Part shown: positions 47,052 to 57,139 of the stretch, in pieces
Numbering within the stretch: the first letter of the stretch is position 1
Layout of the letters: every line of letters begins with the position of its first letter
Origin: a virus
Virus record (IMG/VR): IMGVR_UViG_3300037189_006220
Coordinates: 1-64,000 of that record
Length of the DNA stretch: 64,000 nucleotides
Direction: 5' to 3' (one strand)
Notes under the pieces: generated by a model
Told to the model about the DNA's origin: nothing
The model's input: the letters and a program-made list of their open reading frames with translations, nothing else
The model's database searches: none
Program-made: the position numbers and the translations under genes

Positions 47052-47979
47052 CTTCTTCCACTTCGACGGTTACATAACCGTAGTTGGACGCATCTGCTTC
47101 TTCATCAGACGGTTCGTCTTTTGATTCTATAACAATAATGTCATCTTCGTTGTTGCGACTCACTAGTGACGGTTGTAAGCGATTAAGCCGTTCCATAATT
47201 AGCTCGGCTGCGGGACGGACTTCAACTTCGAGTTTACCGTCGATTTCAATTCCGCCTCGCACGCCAGCACGGTCAAGGAGTTCGGTTGCAGCTTTCAGCT
47301 TGACGGGTTCAGACTCAGCGGTTTCCATCAGGTGTTCGAGAATCTCTACTGCCTTAGGTGCTGATTGGTATACCCGTTCGCGTGCGCGGGCAACAGCCCC
47401 GGAGGTATTGCTCGCCCGTGTGCCCAAGTGGACTCGACACAGGTCGTCGTCATTGGTTCGCCCCGTTGTCCACATCATGCATCGCACGCCGTCTGATTTA
47501 ATCTTTCGGCATCGAGCGGGCGGGCCAGAGAACTGCGGTGACTTCTTCGGGTCGGTCTTCCTCGCCTCTCGAATCCGAATCCATGTGCGGGTCGCCTGTG
47601 ATACCCACATCGGAATAAGGTGGTCGGCTTGTTCCTCAACAAGGAGAGCTTCCTCGGTTAGGTAGTCCGAGTTTTTGTCGCGCTCGTCGGTTAGTATAAT
47701 ACGCCGGTCTTCTAGAGAGCGAGCGGTCTTCGCCTGTTCCATCTCCGGGGAGAGTACGCGGATGTTGCCGGTTGGCTGACCGTTGTCATTATAAATAACT
47801 TGGTAACCCATGCGAGTAGCTCGGAGGATGGAGCGGTTCTCGTAGGAGTCTTCGCACACGCCGCGTTCTACTTCTTCGATGCCGTAGAGACTGAGGTCGG
47901 GGCGGAGGTCGAAGGGTGCGTCGGATAAGTCAGCATATTCCATATCAGGAATATCTTCTTTGTCAAGCTCTGATGACAT
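47038..47979 (-). CDS. Putative terminase small subunit-like protein
   Basis: RC..SDGVRC..CRVHLG Zn knuckle and VKLKAATELLDRAG motif. Confidence 0.55.
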   Translation of the reverse strand: MSSELDKEDIPDMEYADLSDAPFDLRPDLSLYGIEEVERGVCEDSYENRSILRATRMGYQVIYNDNGQPTGNIRVLSPEMEQAKTARSLEDRRIILTDERDKNSDYLTEEALLVEEQADHLIPMWVSQATRTWIRIREARKTDPKKSPQFSGPPARCRKIKSDGVRCMMWTTGRTNDDDLCRVHLGTRASNTSGAVARARERVYQSAPKAVEILEHLMETAESEPVKLKAATELLDRAGVRGGIEIDGKLEVEVRPAAELIMERLNRLQPSLVSRNNEDDIIVIESKDEPSDEEADASNYGYVTVEVEEDEDA

Positions 47980-48089
47980 GGGGATATATTCTCCAAAACG
48001 AATATTTGGCGCGCGGTGCGAGACGGAAGGCATTTTGCCCTCAAACCCTAATAATACACCCCTGTTTATAAAGGTGATTTCCGGCTTTT

Positions 48090-48374
48090 TTAGTTCTGAC
48101 GTTTTGGCGGTTGAATGTTGTATTGCTGACGGTGAATCTTTATAGACTTACGGCACTTGTTGCACTTACAACTGGGCCATTTCTGACCCTTATTCTCATT
48201 ACACTTGCGACAAGAAATGACATAGTTAAACCGTTCCGAGCGACCACCGAGACTCGATGGCACGATGTGGTCTACGGTTCTGTCGCGGTGGACTTTGATT
48301 TCAGACTCGCAGTAATGGCAGAACTCGGGGGGGTCGCCGGGGAGATGTCTCCGTGCTCCGTGCCTATTTCCCAT
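48090..48374 (-). CDS. HNH endonuclease
   Basis: CHYC..TVDHIVP.SLGG..N..SCRKCNENK. Confidence 0.85.
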   Translation of the reverse strand: MGNRHGARRHLPGDPPEFCHYCESEIKVHRDRTVDHIVPSSLGGRSERFNYVISCRKCNENKGQKWPSCKCNKCRKSIKIHRQQYNIQPPKRQN

Positions 48375-48379
48375 AAACG

Positions 48380-48706
48380 CTAGAGGATAACGTGGCTAGA
48401 CAGCAGAGCATCCAGAGCACCTCGCGGTTTAGCTCCGGGAATCCGAGTCACAATCTCGGCATTGTTGATAAGCAACATAGTTGGAATGGAGTTGATGCTG
48501 TATTGCTTTCCAAGTTCTGGTTCTTCGTCAATGTTTACTTTGACAATCTTGAGGTTGTCACCGTATTGGTCAGCAAGAGAATCGAGAATGGGGTTCATCG
48601 CGTTGCACGGACCACACCATTCTGCCCAAAAATCAACCAACACGAATCCGTGGTGGAGGACTACATCTTGCTCAAATGTCTCAGTCGTTGTCTTCACTAC
48701 TGGCAT
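48380..48706 (-). CDS. trxA: Thioredoxin
   Basis: LVDFWAEWCGPC, SIPT. Confidence 0.95.
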   Translation of the reverse strand: MPVVKTTTETFEQDVVLHHGFVLVDFWAEWCGPCNAMNPILDSLADQYGDNLKIVKVNIDEEPELGKQYSINSIPTMLLINNAEIVTRIPGAKPRGALDALLSSHVIL

Positions 48707-48917
48707 TGTCGTCTCCTTCAGTTTCTGGTTCTGCGTCGTCATTTAATTTTACAGGTTCAGAGCCATGCTTAGAAAAGTTGTCGCAAACATTACAGCCACA
48801 GATATATTCTTTGCCAGCCCACTCAAGAACTGGCAAACATTCAGCATGACTGTTGGTGATGCACCAGCCACAGGGTGCTTTCATAAAGACTTTCTCAGCC
48901 ATGACCTATCCGTTCTG

Positions 48918-49262
48918 TTAGTTAAGCGGTGGGTCAATCTTACTGGAGATAGAGTCTTCTAGCAAACCTGATACTCGAATCTTGCTTTTGTTGTACCACT
49001 GGAACACAGCATCGGTTACTTCATTAAACGAGTAATCCGAAAGATTCTCAGAGTCTGCCGGATTGACGACTGCTAATCGGAAGAGTTTTATCATACGACC
49101 TAATTGCTCAGGTCCACCGACGCTCATCATTTCTTCGACACTCGATACGGGCATCTCATAAAGCTCAATAGCCTCTAGTGAGATGTTCTTAGTCTCGATA
49201 TGAACAGTCTTAATATCAATCTCGAAATCATCAAGTTCGCTCACTTGGAATCCACCTCCCAA
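48918..49262 (-). CDS. Hypothetical protein, possible paralog of 58919
   Basis: L.EMP..MI.L..A pattern. Confidence 0.6.
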   Translation of the reverse strand: MGGGFQVSELDDFEIDIKTVHIETKNISLEAIELYEMPVSSVEEMMSVGGPEQLGRMIKLFRLAVVNPADSENLSDYSFNEVTDAVFQWYNKSKIRVSGLLEDSISSKIDPPLN

Positions 49263-49608
49263 ACTCGTCTCGTTCTACAGCGGGAAACATACTCGACGCT
49301 GGAACTGCCCAAGTCGAACTCTTACCAAGAGTCGTACCAAGTGTGTACTCAGTGGAGTAAAGAAGCCTAGGTAACTCAAGCACTGCTCCTCCTCCAAAGT
49401 ATCCAAGAACAAAGTTCGATAGCTCGACTCCGCCATGATACTCAACATAAGTCATAAGCTCCTCGACGGTACTGCCGTTGAACTTAAAAATCTTAACTGC
49501 GCCTCGGGTAATATCCTCACCGGCAAGTTCTTCTAGCTTGCTTAGAAAATGCTCGGCAGTTCCGGGAGTTAGGAAGACAGCTCCATAGTTGAAGTCACTC
49601 GTTGTCAT
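49231..49608 (-). CDS. Hypothetical protein
   Basis: 125-aa ORF. Confidence 0.6.
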   Translation of the reverse strand: MTTSDFNYGAVFLTPGTAEHFLSKLEELAGEDITRGAVKIFKFNGSTVEELMTYVEYHGGVELSNFVLGYFGGGAVLELPRLLYSTEYTLGTTLGKSSTWAVPASSMFPAVERDEFGRWIPSERT

Positions 49609-49921
49609 CCCACATACGCTCCAGCGTCTCTTGCTTAATCAAGGGCATTTCATCTGCGGTCTGCAACAGAACAGCGCAAGCACACGCAACAGAATGTCCA
49701 ACATTCTCTTCCATGTACAACAAGAAGTCTACAACAGAATTATTCTTTGGTGCCTCGAAAAACAAATACTTAATCGCAGGGTCAGTAGCAATCGAACCGT
49801 ATCCTTTCCACAAGGCTCCAACCAGAAACTCAGCCGTGCCAATCTCCAGATACTCTTCCTCCCGAAGAGTCATCTGAATCATCTCCGGTTCCCGGCTCTC
49901 CGGCTCCTTCGATTCCAGCAT
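49595..49921 (-). CDS. Hypothetical protein (start uncertain)
   Basis: ORF in operon. Confidence 0.5.
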   Translation of the reverse strand: MLESKEPESREPEMIQMTLREEEYLEIGTAEFLVGALWKGYGSIATDPAIKYLFFEAPKNNSVVDFLLYMEENVGHSVACACAVLLQTADEMPLIKQETLERMWDDNE

Positions 49922-50435
49922 CTCCAAATAGTCCGTAGCCTCCCGGTTGGGATTGTTCCCAGAGGTATCGGTCTTCGGAGTTGCAGATGCCACAGAGGAG
50001 TATCGTCTTTCCGACGAACTCCCGAATCTCTCTCTGAGTTTTGCCCTCAGAGTCTGTAGCCAGCGCAACAAAGTCTCCATCCCACTCAAGACCGCAACGG
50101 TCACAAGTGTCTATCAACCATTCTACCCAGACTCCAACCTCACGAGCTTTTCGCAATCCACCAGTAAGCGGATGTTCTAGTGGCTTATCCACCCAATGGT
50201 GTCGCTTAAAGAATCGCGCATAAGTCTTAGTCATGCTCGAACCGTCAGGATTTTCCTCGACTCGCAACACAGCACGGCATCCGCCTACCTCAGAAACACA
50301 GTGGCATTTCTGCGGATAGACAACGCTACATCGAGCGTACTCAGTCTTAGCAAGTTCATGTCTAGACACGGGATGTCCACAGACACATACGTCAAAGTAG
50401 GTAAATCCCGCGTCTGGGATTAAGCGCCGTTCCAT
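49830..50435 (-). CDS. Cys-rich protein, paralog of 50420
   Basis: VCVCGH..H..C..CHC..HPL..CDRC..LCGIC. Confidence 0.7.
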   Translation of the reverse strand: MERRLIPDAGFTYFDVCVCGHPVSRHELAKTEYARCSVVYPQKCHCVSEVGGCRAVLRVEENPDGSSMTKTYARFFKRHHWVDKPLEHPLTGGLRKAREVGVWVEWLIDTCDRCGLEWDGDFVALATDSEGKTQREIREFVGKTILLCGICNSEDRYLWEQSQPGGYGLFGDAGIEGAGEPGTGDDSDDSSGGRVSGDWHG

Positions 50436-50881
50436 GCGTCAAAACAGGTCTTGCACAGAATCTTGTTGATTCGTGTGCTTGTGTTGGACAAGCGTTGTGA
50501 GTCTGGGTCAATCGCTACAGGATAAACACCTTGCGCTACTTCCAGACAGCCATCGCACTTCAACGGATTCTCCAAGAATCGGAATCCTGCTCCACGCTTG
50601 CGTGACGCATTGACACCCTTACCGAGTGCATGGTCTTCTGCCGTACCAGTTGTGATGTACATAAACAACCGAAGATTGTCTGCCTCAAGAATCGGACGAC
50701 CCTCTGCACAACGGCACGACGAAATACGAGCCGGTGCACAAACTGAACCTCGACCCGGTACATCTGTGTGGTAATTCATCGAGTGCCCGCACACGCAGAC
50801 TTCCCGACTCTTGATACGAGTGCTCTGACCGGCAGTGAACTTCTCCAATGCCTCGTCACTCATAATGCTGAACTCACCCAC
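50420..50881 (-). CDS. Cys-rich protein
   Basis: VCVCGH..H..C..CRC..HAL..CDGC..LCKTC; AGGAGG RBS. Confidence 0.75.
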   Translation of the reverse strand: MGEFSIMSDEALEKFTAGQSTRIKSREVCVCGHSMNYHTDVPGRGSVCAPARISSCRCAEGRPILEADNLRLFMYITTGTAEDHALGKGVNASRKRGAGFRFLENPLKCDGCLEVAQGVYPVAIDPDSQRLSNTSTRINKILCKTCFDAWNGA

Positions 50882-50894
50882 GAGTCCTCCTTAA

Positions 50895-51260
50895 AAGTAA
50901 TAACTAACTACTAACCAACACTCTAGCACACTCCCCAACCCAACTGACCCCAAACCCTCCGACCAACCCCACTTCTTACTATGGTATATTCCCTCTGTCA
51001 AAAACATACTAAACAAACTAATACACACTAAAGTCACTAAACTCACTAAATTCCTTAGTAAGGTGCACAGCGTACACACGTCACGTATAGAAGATTTTAG
51101 TTACTTTAGATACTTTAGATAGCTTTAGTTGACAGTTAATAGTGTAAATCCAACTAATAAACCGTCGCAACTAAATGCTTACTAACTACCATTCCAACTA
51201 AACCAACTAACCACGATAAGAACCAACTCAACCAAAAAACCTTATATACCCTAACTAATG
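50895..51260. repeat. Non-coding, G-poor region with ACTAA(A) repeats facing TTTAG repeats (possible origin)
   Basis: ACTAA x5 at 51008-51050, TTTAG x4 at 51096-51128, more AACTAA to 51258. Confidence 0.6.
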
Positions 51261-51327
51261 AAAAAAGGTGCTGACCACTAATTAGTCAGCACCCACAGAA
51301 AATTCTGTCAAGTTAGTACCCCAAAAT

Positions 51328-51873
51328 CTACCGCTTTTCGCCCTCCGCCTCAGCAGCTTCTAGTATCAATTCAAGTGTCACAAGCATGTCTCTACCAATG
51401 CCCCAGTCCGCATTTACGGATGGAACAAATGACCCCGGCGTACTCAAGAACCCAGAGTACTCAGCATTATCCCGAAGCTCCCAGACTCCCGAATCAAACC
51501 AAGCCCAATGCTCCCGACCAAATCCAATCCGGCTATCCTCCCAGATTGCCTCGACCTTCCAGTACACAGACGGAAACGAAACAGCCCCACCCAAAGGACG
51601 CAGTATCTTTGCATTCATGCCCCAGTCGCCAAGACCCACGACCTCAGCAACCTTCCGGCAATCATCTTGCCAAGTAGAAACCCAGACCAATTCCAGCGAA
51701 GGGTACTCAGCATGTAGCTCCAGCAACCTCGCAACCATCTCCTCAGACCACATCACAGGATAGCCAAGCACTTCCTCAGAGCCGTAGTCCCAGCCCTCTA
51801 TGGAATTAAAGCCCCACTCCTCGGACGCACGGAAAGCATTAATAACTCCGTCTACATCCAGATAGAGTTTCAC
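51328..51873 (-). CDS. HAD-superfamily protein
   Basis: LYLDVDGVIN, WVSTW, WK, AWFD. Confidence 0.75.
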   Translation of the reverse strand: MKLYLDVDGVINAFRASEEWGFNSIEGWDYGSEEVLGYPVMWSEEMVARLLELHAEYPSLELVWVSTWQDDCRKVAEVVGLGDWGMNAKILRPLGGAVSFPSVYWKVEAIWEDSRIGFGREHWAWFDSGVWELRDNAEYSGFLSTPGSFVPSVNADWGIGRDMLVTLELILEAAEAEGEKR

Positions 51874-52220
51874 TCGGAGTCTCCACTCAAGCCCATAGGC
51901 TCATCAAAAGTGATAGCCCACATTCCCGGAGCAATTTTCCTATCAATCCAGCCAAACTCGGTACAACCGCCTCGACCAGTTTCAAGGAATGAAACCTTGG
52001 AGCCAACCGCCAACTCCTCATCAGCGTCCCACGAACCCCACTCAGAGCGAATAAACCATGTCTGCTCTACCCTGTCCCACAGCACAGGAGAGGTTACGGC
52101 GGGGGTGGTAATTTCCTCCCATGTTCCACCAGCCTCAAAGTATTCCACAATCAACTGCGCCAACAAACGGTTAGCACGCTTGCGCTTACGACGCTCTGCC
52201 ATCTTAGAAAAGATATTCAT
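51870..52220 (-). CDS. Hypothetical protein
   Basis: 116-aa ORF. Confidence 0.6.
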   Translation of the reverse strand: MNIFSKMAERRKRKRANRLLAQLIVEYFEAGGTWEEITTPAVTSPVLWDRVEQTWFIRSEWGSWDADEELAVGSKVSFLETGRGGCTEFGWIDRKIAPGMWAITFDEPMGLSGDSE

Positions 52221-52229
52221 AAGAGCAGC

Positions 52230-52502
52230 CTACTCTATTCCATAGGGATTTTCAACGTCGTCTCTGCCCTCACTAGAACCCGCACTCCACCCAAGCTCCC
52301 ACGCATCCCAAAGCATCTGACGCAAAGTATTCGACCCCAGAACAGCCTCCGCAATCTTGTCCAAAGACAAGACTCCATTACCTGTATAAGGATTACGCCA
52401 AATGTATCCGCCGTTGTGAACCTGCGCTGCTTTGATGTCATCCACCAAATCTTGATGTTGTGGGCACGCAAACTCGAAATTGTCGTCCGACTCAACAGCC
52501 AT
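52230..52502 (-). CDS. Hypothetical protein
   Basis: AWELG..NPY ending; TAATG coupling. Confidence 0.6.
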   Translation of the reverse strand: MAVESDDNFEFACPQHQDLVDDIKAAQVHNGGYIWRNPYTGNGVLSLDKIAEAVLGSNTLRQMLWDAWELGWSAGSSEGRDDVENPYGIE

Positions 52503-52667
52503 TACGAACCACCGCCCCATGTAGGTACTTCAGTAATCGAACATCTCGCACAGCGATAGTGCTTAATGATTACCGTTCCACGCTTCGTCTCAGCTACCTC
52601 AGCAAACCAATCATGCCGACCAATACGACACTTCCAGTTCTTCCATGACCAAACCCTAGAACCCATA

Positions 52668-53309
52668 TCAAATCAATTCCCATCCGTCTTCCATAATGCG
52701 CTTACCTCGCGCATCTCGTTTAATTCCTTTTTCTGCGTCACTCTTACTTACTGACTCAGCTACCGAAGAATTAGACTTCTCTGGCTTCTTACGAGCACTT
52801 CCCTTACCCGGAGAATCAAGCAACCCAAGACGACGCGCATGAGCCAAACGCTCGTGAATAGTTCGCACAGAATCCATTGCTTCTACCCCGGCAATAACCG
52901 CTGCAGGATTGGAAACTCCAAACTGAAGAGCACACTTATATAGCACCGCTGTATACGCAGTTGTAGACATCACACCTAGCTTGTCCTTCTGCTCTGACAA
53001 ATGCTTTCGGCAATGAGCCTTACGCACTACATCTACAGTTCCGTCTACAATGCCACTTCCAAATCCAGCCCACGATACAAAGTCCAAAACCTCGTCAGCA
53101 ATAATTCGGCACCGACGCTCGGCATCTTCCCGAGTGTTACCAAAGATAGGAAGTTCGAGATGACCCACTACCCGTAAGTCATCACCAGAGTTACTGGATA
53201 TCCACCAGTCTGACACCCACCCATACTCGGTGGCACGGAGATTTACTGTCGCAAAGCGACCCTCCAGCCAAACTTCAATTAGTTCCACTTGATATACGGG
53301 GTCACTCAT
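52668..53309 (-). CDS. Hypothetical protein with possible C-terminal HTH
   Basis: SVRTIHERLAHARRLGLL. Confidence 0.6.
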   Translation of the reverse strand: MSDPVYQVELIEVWLEGRFATVNLRATEYGWVSDWWISSNSGDDLRVVGHLELPIFGNTREDAERRCRIIADEVLDFVSWAGFGSGIVDGTVDVVRKAHCRKHLSEQKDKLGVMSTTAYTAVLYKCALQFGVSNPAAVIAGVEAMDSVRTIHERLAHARRLGLLDSPGKGSARKKPEKSNSSVAESVSKSDAEKGIKRDARGKRIMEDGWELI

Positions 53310-53348
53310 CCTGTAAGTCTACCGCTTTCTTACTAGTTTGATTTATTT

Positions 53349-54146
53349 CTACTTTTTCTCTGCTGACCGAAAAACCTTGACGGCAATCTTGTCTGTCGCA
53401 AATGCCAAAAGAATAGGTGCTCCACCAGAGATAATCGCTCCAATAAGCAACTGCGCTGAATCACTAGCAGTCGAGACAACCAGAGTATGAAGAATGTTAG
53501 CCGTTGCCGAAACTGCTGCAAATGCCCCAATAGCCATCCAAGTCCAGCGAACTTTATCTCCACGCTCACGCTCTACGAACAGCGACAGAGTAAAGGCAAT
53601 GATTGAGATGTCCAGCATGATTGGCACAGCAAACTGCAAGGCAGGGTTACTTCCTACCGCCCACGCAGCAGCAGCGTACAAACCAGAGAACGACAAGTAG
53701 AACGAAGCTCCAGCCATTGCAGTAATAAGGAATAGCAATACTCCAAGCACAAATGGCGTATCGGCATGGAACCGCTTGACACCTTTATGAGCCGTCTCAC
53801 GTATTTCAGAAATAACTGTCTCTGGTTCTACAGCAGTAGTAGGAACACCAAGAATATCAGCACCAACCAAAGTGTCGGCAGAAGTAGCATCAACAGCCAC
53901 GACCCCTGAATCAGGAACGTCACTAAAACTAAACTCGGGGATAGGAGGAACAGTGTAAGTAGAAGTCTCATTAGGTGTTTGTTGTGACCCATTGTTTTCA
54001 TATTCCATGTTGTTTTTCAGACCTTTCTCTTCAGTATTAGAAGGAATGATTTCAGCAAAGCCAGAAGTTGGCGGTAGTGGAGCAGGAGCAGGTACTTCTG
54101 GTTGCGAAGCATCTCCCCAAGGAAAGATAAGTTCATTACGTCCCAT
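53349..54146 (-). CDS. DUF2637-like membrane protein
   Basis: FYLSFSGL..AVPIMLD..SATANILH..API; four TM segments. Confidence 0.75.
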   Translation of the reverse strand: MGRNELIFPWGDASQPEVPAPAPLPPTSGFAEIIPSNTEEKGLKNNMEYENNGSQQTPNETSTYTVPPIPEFSFSDVPDSGVVAVDATSADTLVGADILGVPTTAVEPETVISEIRETAHKGVKRFHADTPFVLGVLLFLITAMAGASFYLSFSGLYAAAAWAVGSNPALQFAVPIMLDISIIAFTLSLFVERERGDKVRWTWMAIGAFAAVSATANILHTLVVSTASDSAQLLIGAIISGGAPILLAFATDKIAVKVFRSAEKK

Positions 54147-54247
54147 ACCAATAAGTTTACACCAAAGTTGCGTTATACCAATAACTGTGCTTATAATGAG
54201 TTCACGCTCAAAACGAGCAAACGACAAACAACAAGAAACAGGTAAAA

Positions 54248-54727
54248 ATGACAACCAAGGCTAAGAAGACTGAACTCCTCAATGAGTTCCTTCCCAAACT
54301 TCAGCCCCTCGTAGAAGAGGCAACCAAGGCATTCGGTTCACGCGCAACTGAATCCCACGCACACGACATCAGCCGTATGTACACAGAACTCCTCGTTGAG
54401 TTTGACGCTAAGGGTGGCTCACTCCTTCAGATGGCAACAGCACTCGGTACTTCGTACCCTGCACTTCGTCGTCGCGTAATGACCTCCGCCGTCGCTCCGC
54501 TTGCTCGCTCCAAGAAGTCCAAGGCTACGCAGGACGACTACGCAGAGGCAGTCCTCTACATCAAAGAGGCAAAGACTCACGGAACTACTGTTTACCACCA
54601 CGCAATCAAGAACCTTTACGACAGAGGCATCAGCCTCAACAAGCTTGCTAAGGCAATGGGTCTTGGCTCGGCTTACCCTCTTTACTACGGACTGAACAAG
54701 GTTCGTCTCAACGAAGGAGAGAAATAA
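54248..54727 (+). CDS. Double HTH DNA-binding protein (paralog 3)
   Basis: ATGACAACC reads on the + strand (the track's minus label is wrong); GGSLLQMATALGTSYPALRRRV, GISLNKLAKAMG. Confidence 0.8.
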   Translation: MTTKAKKTELLNEFLPKLQPLVEEATKAFGSRATESHAHDISRMYTELLVEFDAKGGSLLQMATALGTSYPALRRRVMTSAVAPLARSKKSKATQDDYAEAVLYIKEAKTHGTTVYHHAIKNLYDRGISLNKLAKAMGLGSAYPLYYGLNKVRLNEGEK

Positions 54728-54730
54728 CTC

Positions 54731-55015
54731 ATGACTGACAACAACGAAAGCTACCGCCAGATGATTTTTTCTCCAGAGGTTTTTGCTAACGCATTTAGTG
54801 AGGGTCTTAAGGAGCAACTCAGCCACTCGTTTGGCGATACTGGACACCTCGAAGACTTGGTTGCTCATGCATCTATTTACGCGGAGAATGTGTATCAGTT
54901 CGTCTCGGCACTCTCCGCACTTAACTCAGCTCACCACAAGGACGACAACAAGCACGGTAAGCACGAGGAAGAGAACTACATCTACGAGGTAGAGCAGGAG
55001 CCAGAAGATGCCTAA
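54731..55015 (+). CDS. Hypothetical protein
   Basis: AAGGAG RBS. Confidence 0.65.
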   Translation: MTDNNESYRQMIFSPEVFANAFSEGLKEQLSHSFGDTGHLEDLVAHASIYAENVYQFVSALSALNSAHHKDDNKHGKHEEENYIYEVEQEPEDA

Positions 55016-55144
55016 GATTGACCTGACTGACCTCGACACGCAGATTGCTCCTATGGAGGCAATCAGCCAAATCCTCAAGGACTTCCACGGAGGATTTACT
55101 TCCTCCATCGAAACTCTCGAAATCATCAATGCCGTTACATACGA

Positions 55145-55381
55145 ATGGAATCACTAGTGGACATTCAGCCCCACAACTACACCGAACTCTTCAACCTAGC
55201 AATCGCTAAACTGAAGACCGAAGACATGTTTCAAGATGAGCATTATCTTCCCATTACGGAAACCCTCATTAATCTATTTCGACACACACGCAGTATGGTC
55301 ACAGAAATCCCTGATGAGAGTGACTTTTCTGATATCTACCGTGAGCAGATTGCTACAGCGGAGGCGATTATTAATGGCTAA
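55145..55381 (+). CDS. Hypothetical protein
   Basis: ORF in operon. Confidence 0.55.
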   Translation: MESLVDIQPHNYTELFNLAIAKLKTEDMFQDEHYLPITETLINLFRHTRSMVTEIPDESDFSDIYREQIATAEAIING

Positions 55382-55671
55382 GGCACTCATGTACGGCACA
55401 GGAACGACCCTTTTTATGTGGGCACTAACTGTGTTTGATATCAACTTCTTCCCCATTGCGCTCTCCTTCGGGGTAGTCGCAACCGTCATTATGTACCTCC
55501 TTGTACGAGGAGAGAACTAGTGACTGTAGAATGTTCACGATGCAAGGGCACAGGACTCAATCAGCGCGTATCTAAATACCGCGAGAAGATTATTGAGAGC
55601 TATATGTTCTGCAACGGTGTTGGATTTATCATCCTCACGGAAGACGCACCAAATAAAGTTAGGTAACTCAA

Positions 55672-56277
55672 GTGGCACTACTTGAAGGCAACTACACGGT
55701 TTCACTTTGTGACCGCAAAGACATTGAGAAGTTTATTGAAGAGCACCACTACTCGAAGTCTATCAATGGAGTTATGTCCCAGTACTGTTTTAAGCTGGAA
55801 CTCGACGGCACTCTTATTGGCGGAATGCTTTACGGTCAACTTGGTATGGCTAACGCATGGAAAAAGTACGCAGACGACCCCTCCAAAGTAATTGAACTGC
55901 GCCGTCTCTGTCTGATTGACGATACTCCCAAGAACTCAGAGTCCTTCTTTATTGGTAAGACTCTTCGGTGGCTTAAGCAGAATACGGATATCCAGACGGT
56001 TGTTTCCTACGCTGACCCCAACTACGGTCACCAAGGAACTATCTATCAGGCGACAAACTTCACCCTCGCAGGTAAGACTTCTAAGGGTCGTGTCATTATG
56101 CACAACGGACGCAAGTACCACGACAAGGCAATCCGCACTATGTATAACGGAAAGCTTAAGCCGTTTGCCCAGAGGCTCAAGGATGCACTAGAGGCTGGAG
56201 AGGCTTACTATGTTGACCAAGACCCCAAGTACATTTATGTTCGACAACTAAGGAGAGTGAAGAAGAGTGGCTCTTGA
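55672..56277 (+). CDS. Mom-like (GNAT-fold) DNA modification protein A
   Basis: HHYS, IELRRL, PKNSESFFI, VSYADPNYGHQGTIYQATNF. Confidence 0.8.
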   Translation: MALLEGNYTVSLCDRKDIEKFIEEHHYSKSINGVMSQYCFKLELDGTLIGGMLYGQLGMANAWKKYADDPSKVIELRRLCLIDDTPKNSESFFIGKTLRWLKQNTDIQTVVSYADPNYGHQGTIYQATNFTLAGKTSKGRVIMHNGRKYHDKAIRTMYNGKLKPFAQRLKDALEAGEAYYVDQDPKYIYVRQLRRVKKSGS

Positions 56278-56914
56278 GAACTACACCATCCGCGAACTCT
56301 CTTACCGCGAGGCAACCGACATGGTGGTCGAGTTTCACTACCTCCACCGTAAGGCTCCAGCATCATACTGCTACGGACTCTACCTCGAAGACAAACTAGT
56401 CGGTTGTGTTATCTACGGTAAACCTGCGTCCCCAGCACTCTGTAAGGGCGTAGCAGGACCAGAGGAAACCAGCCACGTCATTGAGCTAACGCGCTTGTGG
56501 ATTGCTGACACGACTCCTAAGAACGCAGAGTCTTTTCTTATCGGTAACTCCCTCCGCCTCCTCCCCGAACAGTACGACATCGTTGTGTCCTACGCAGAGA
56601 TTCAGGCAGGGCACATCGGAACGGTTTACCAAGCAACGAACTGGCTCTATACCGGAATGAGCGATAAGCACATTCAATGGACTCTTGACGGAGAGGCAAC
56701 CTCTAAGCATCACCGACACCTTTTTGATGAGCATGGTGGTATCAACAAAGCCAAAGAGTTTTTTGGAGAACGCATGATTGCTCACGAGCGTCCACGCAAG
56801 CATCGCTATGTAATGTTCCGTGGCTCACGAGCGCGTAAGAAGGAACTACGAGCAAAACTCCGCTACAAGGTTCAGGACTATCCCAAAGCCGAAGTTGACA
56901 TTTCGCAACAGTAA
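56267..56914 (+). CDS. Mom-like DNA modification protein B
   Basis: FHYLH, IELTRL, PKNAESFLI, VSYAE..GHIGTVYQATNW, KHRY. Confidence 0.8.
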   Translation: MALENYTIRELSYREATDMVVEFHYLHRKAPASYCYGLYLEDKLVGCVIYGKPASPALCKGVAGPEETSHVIELTRLWIADTTPKNAESFLIGNSLRLLPEQYDIVVSYAEIQAGHIGTVYQATNWLYTGMSDKHIQWTLDGEATSKHHRHLFDEHGGINKAKEFFGERMIAHERPRKHRYVMFRGSRARKKELRAKLRYKVQDYPKAEVDISQQ

Positions 56915-57139
56915 CCCATACAATGTAATAGAAAGGACAAAAATGACAAATAACAACGAAAACAAAACAGACATCCAGTACCCGCTTGGCGTAGAGTTTG
57001 ATTCAGAACTTGACACCCCTCAGGGACCTCTTGGCATTACTCGTCGTCAGGCTTACGACTGGGAGGCACGTCACCGTAAGTTCTGTGCGCTCACCCATCG
57101 TCAGCCCTGTAACTGCTCTGCTTGGGATTAGGGCTTACT

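Noticed and set aside
54248-54727. Minus-strand label in the ORF track
   Set aside because: The listed protein reads directly from the + strand
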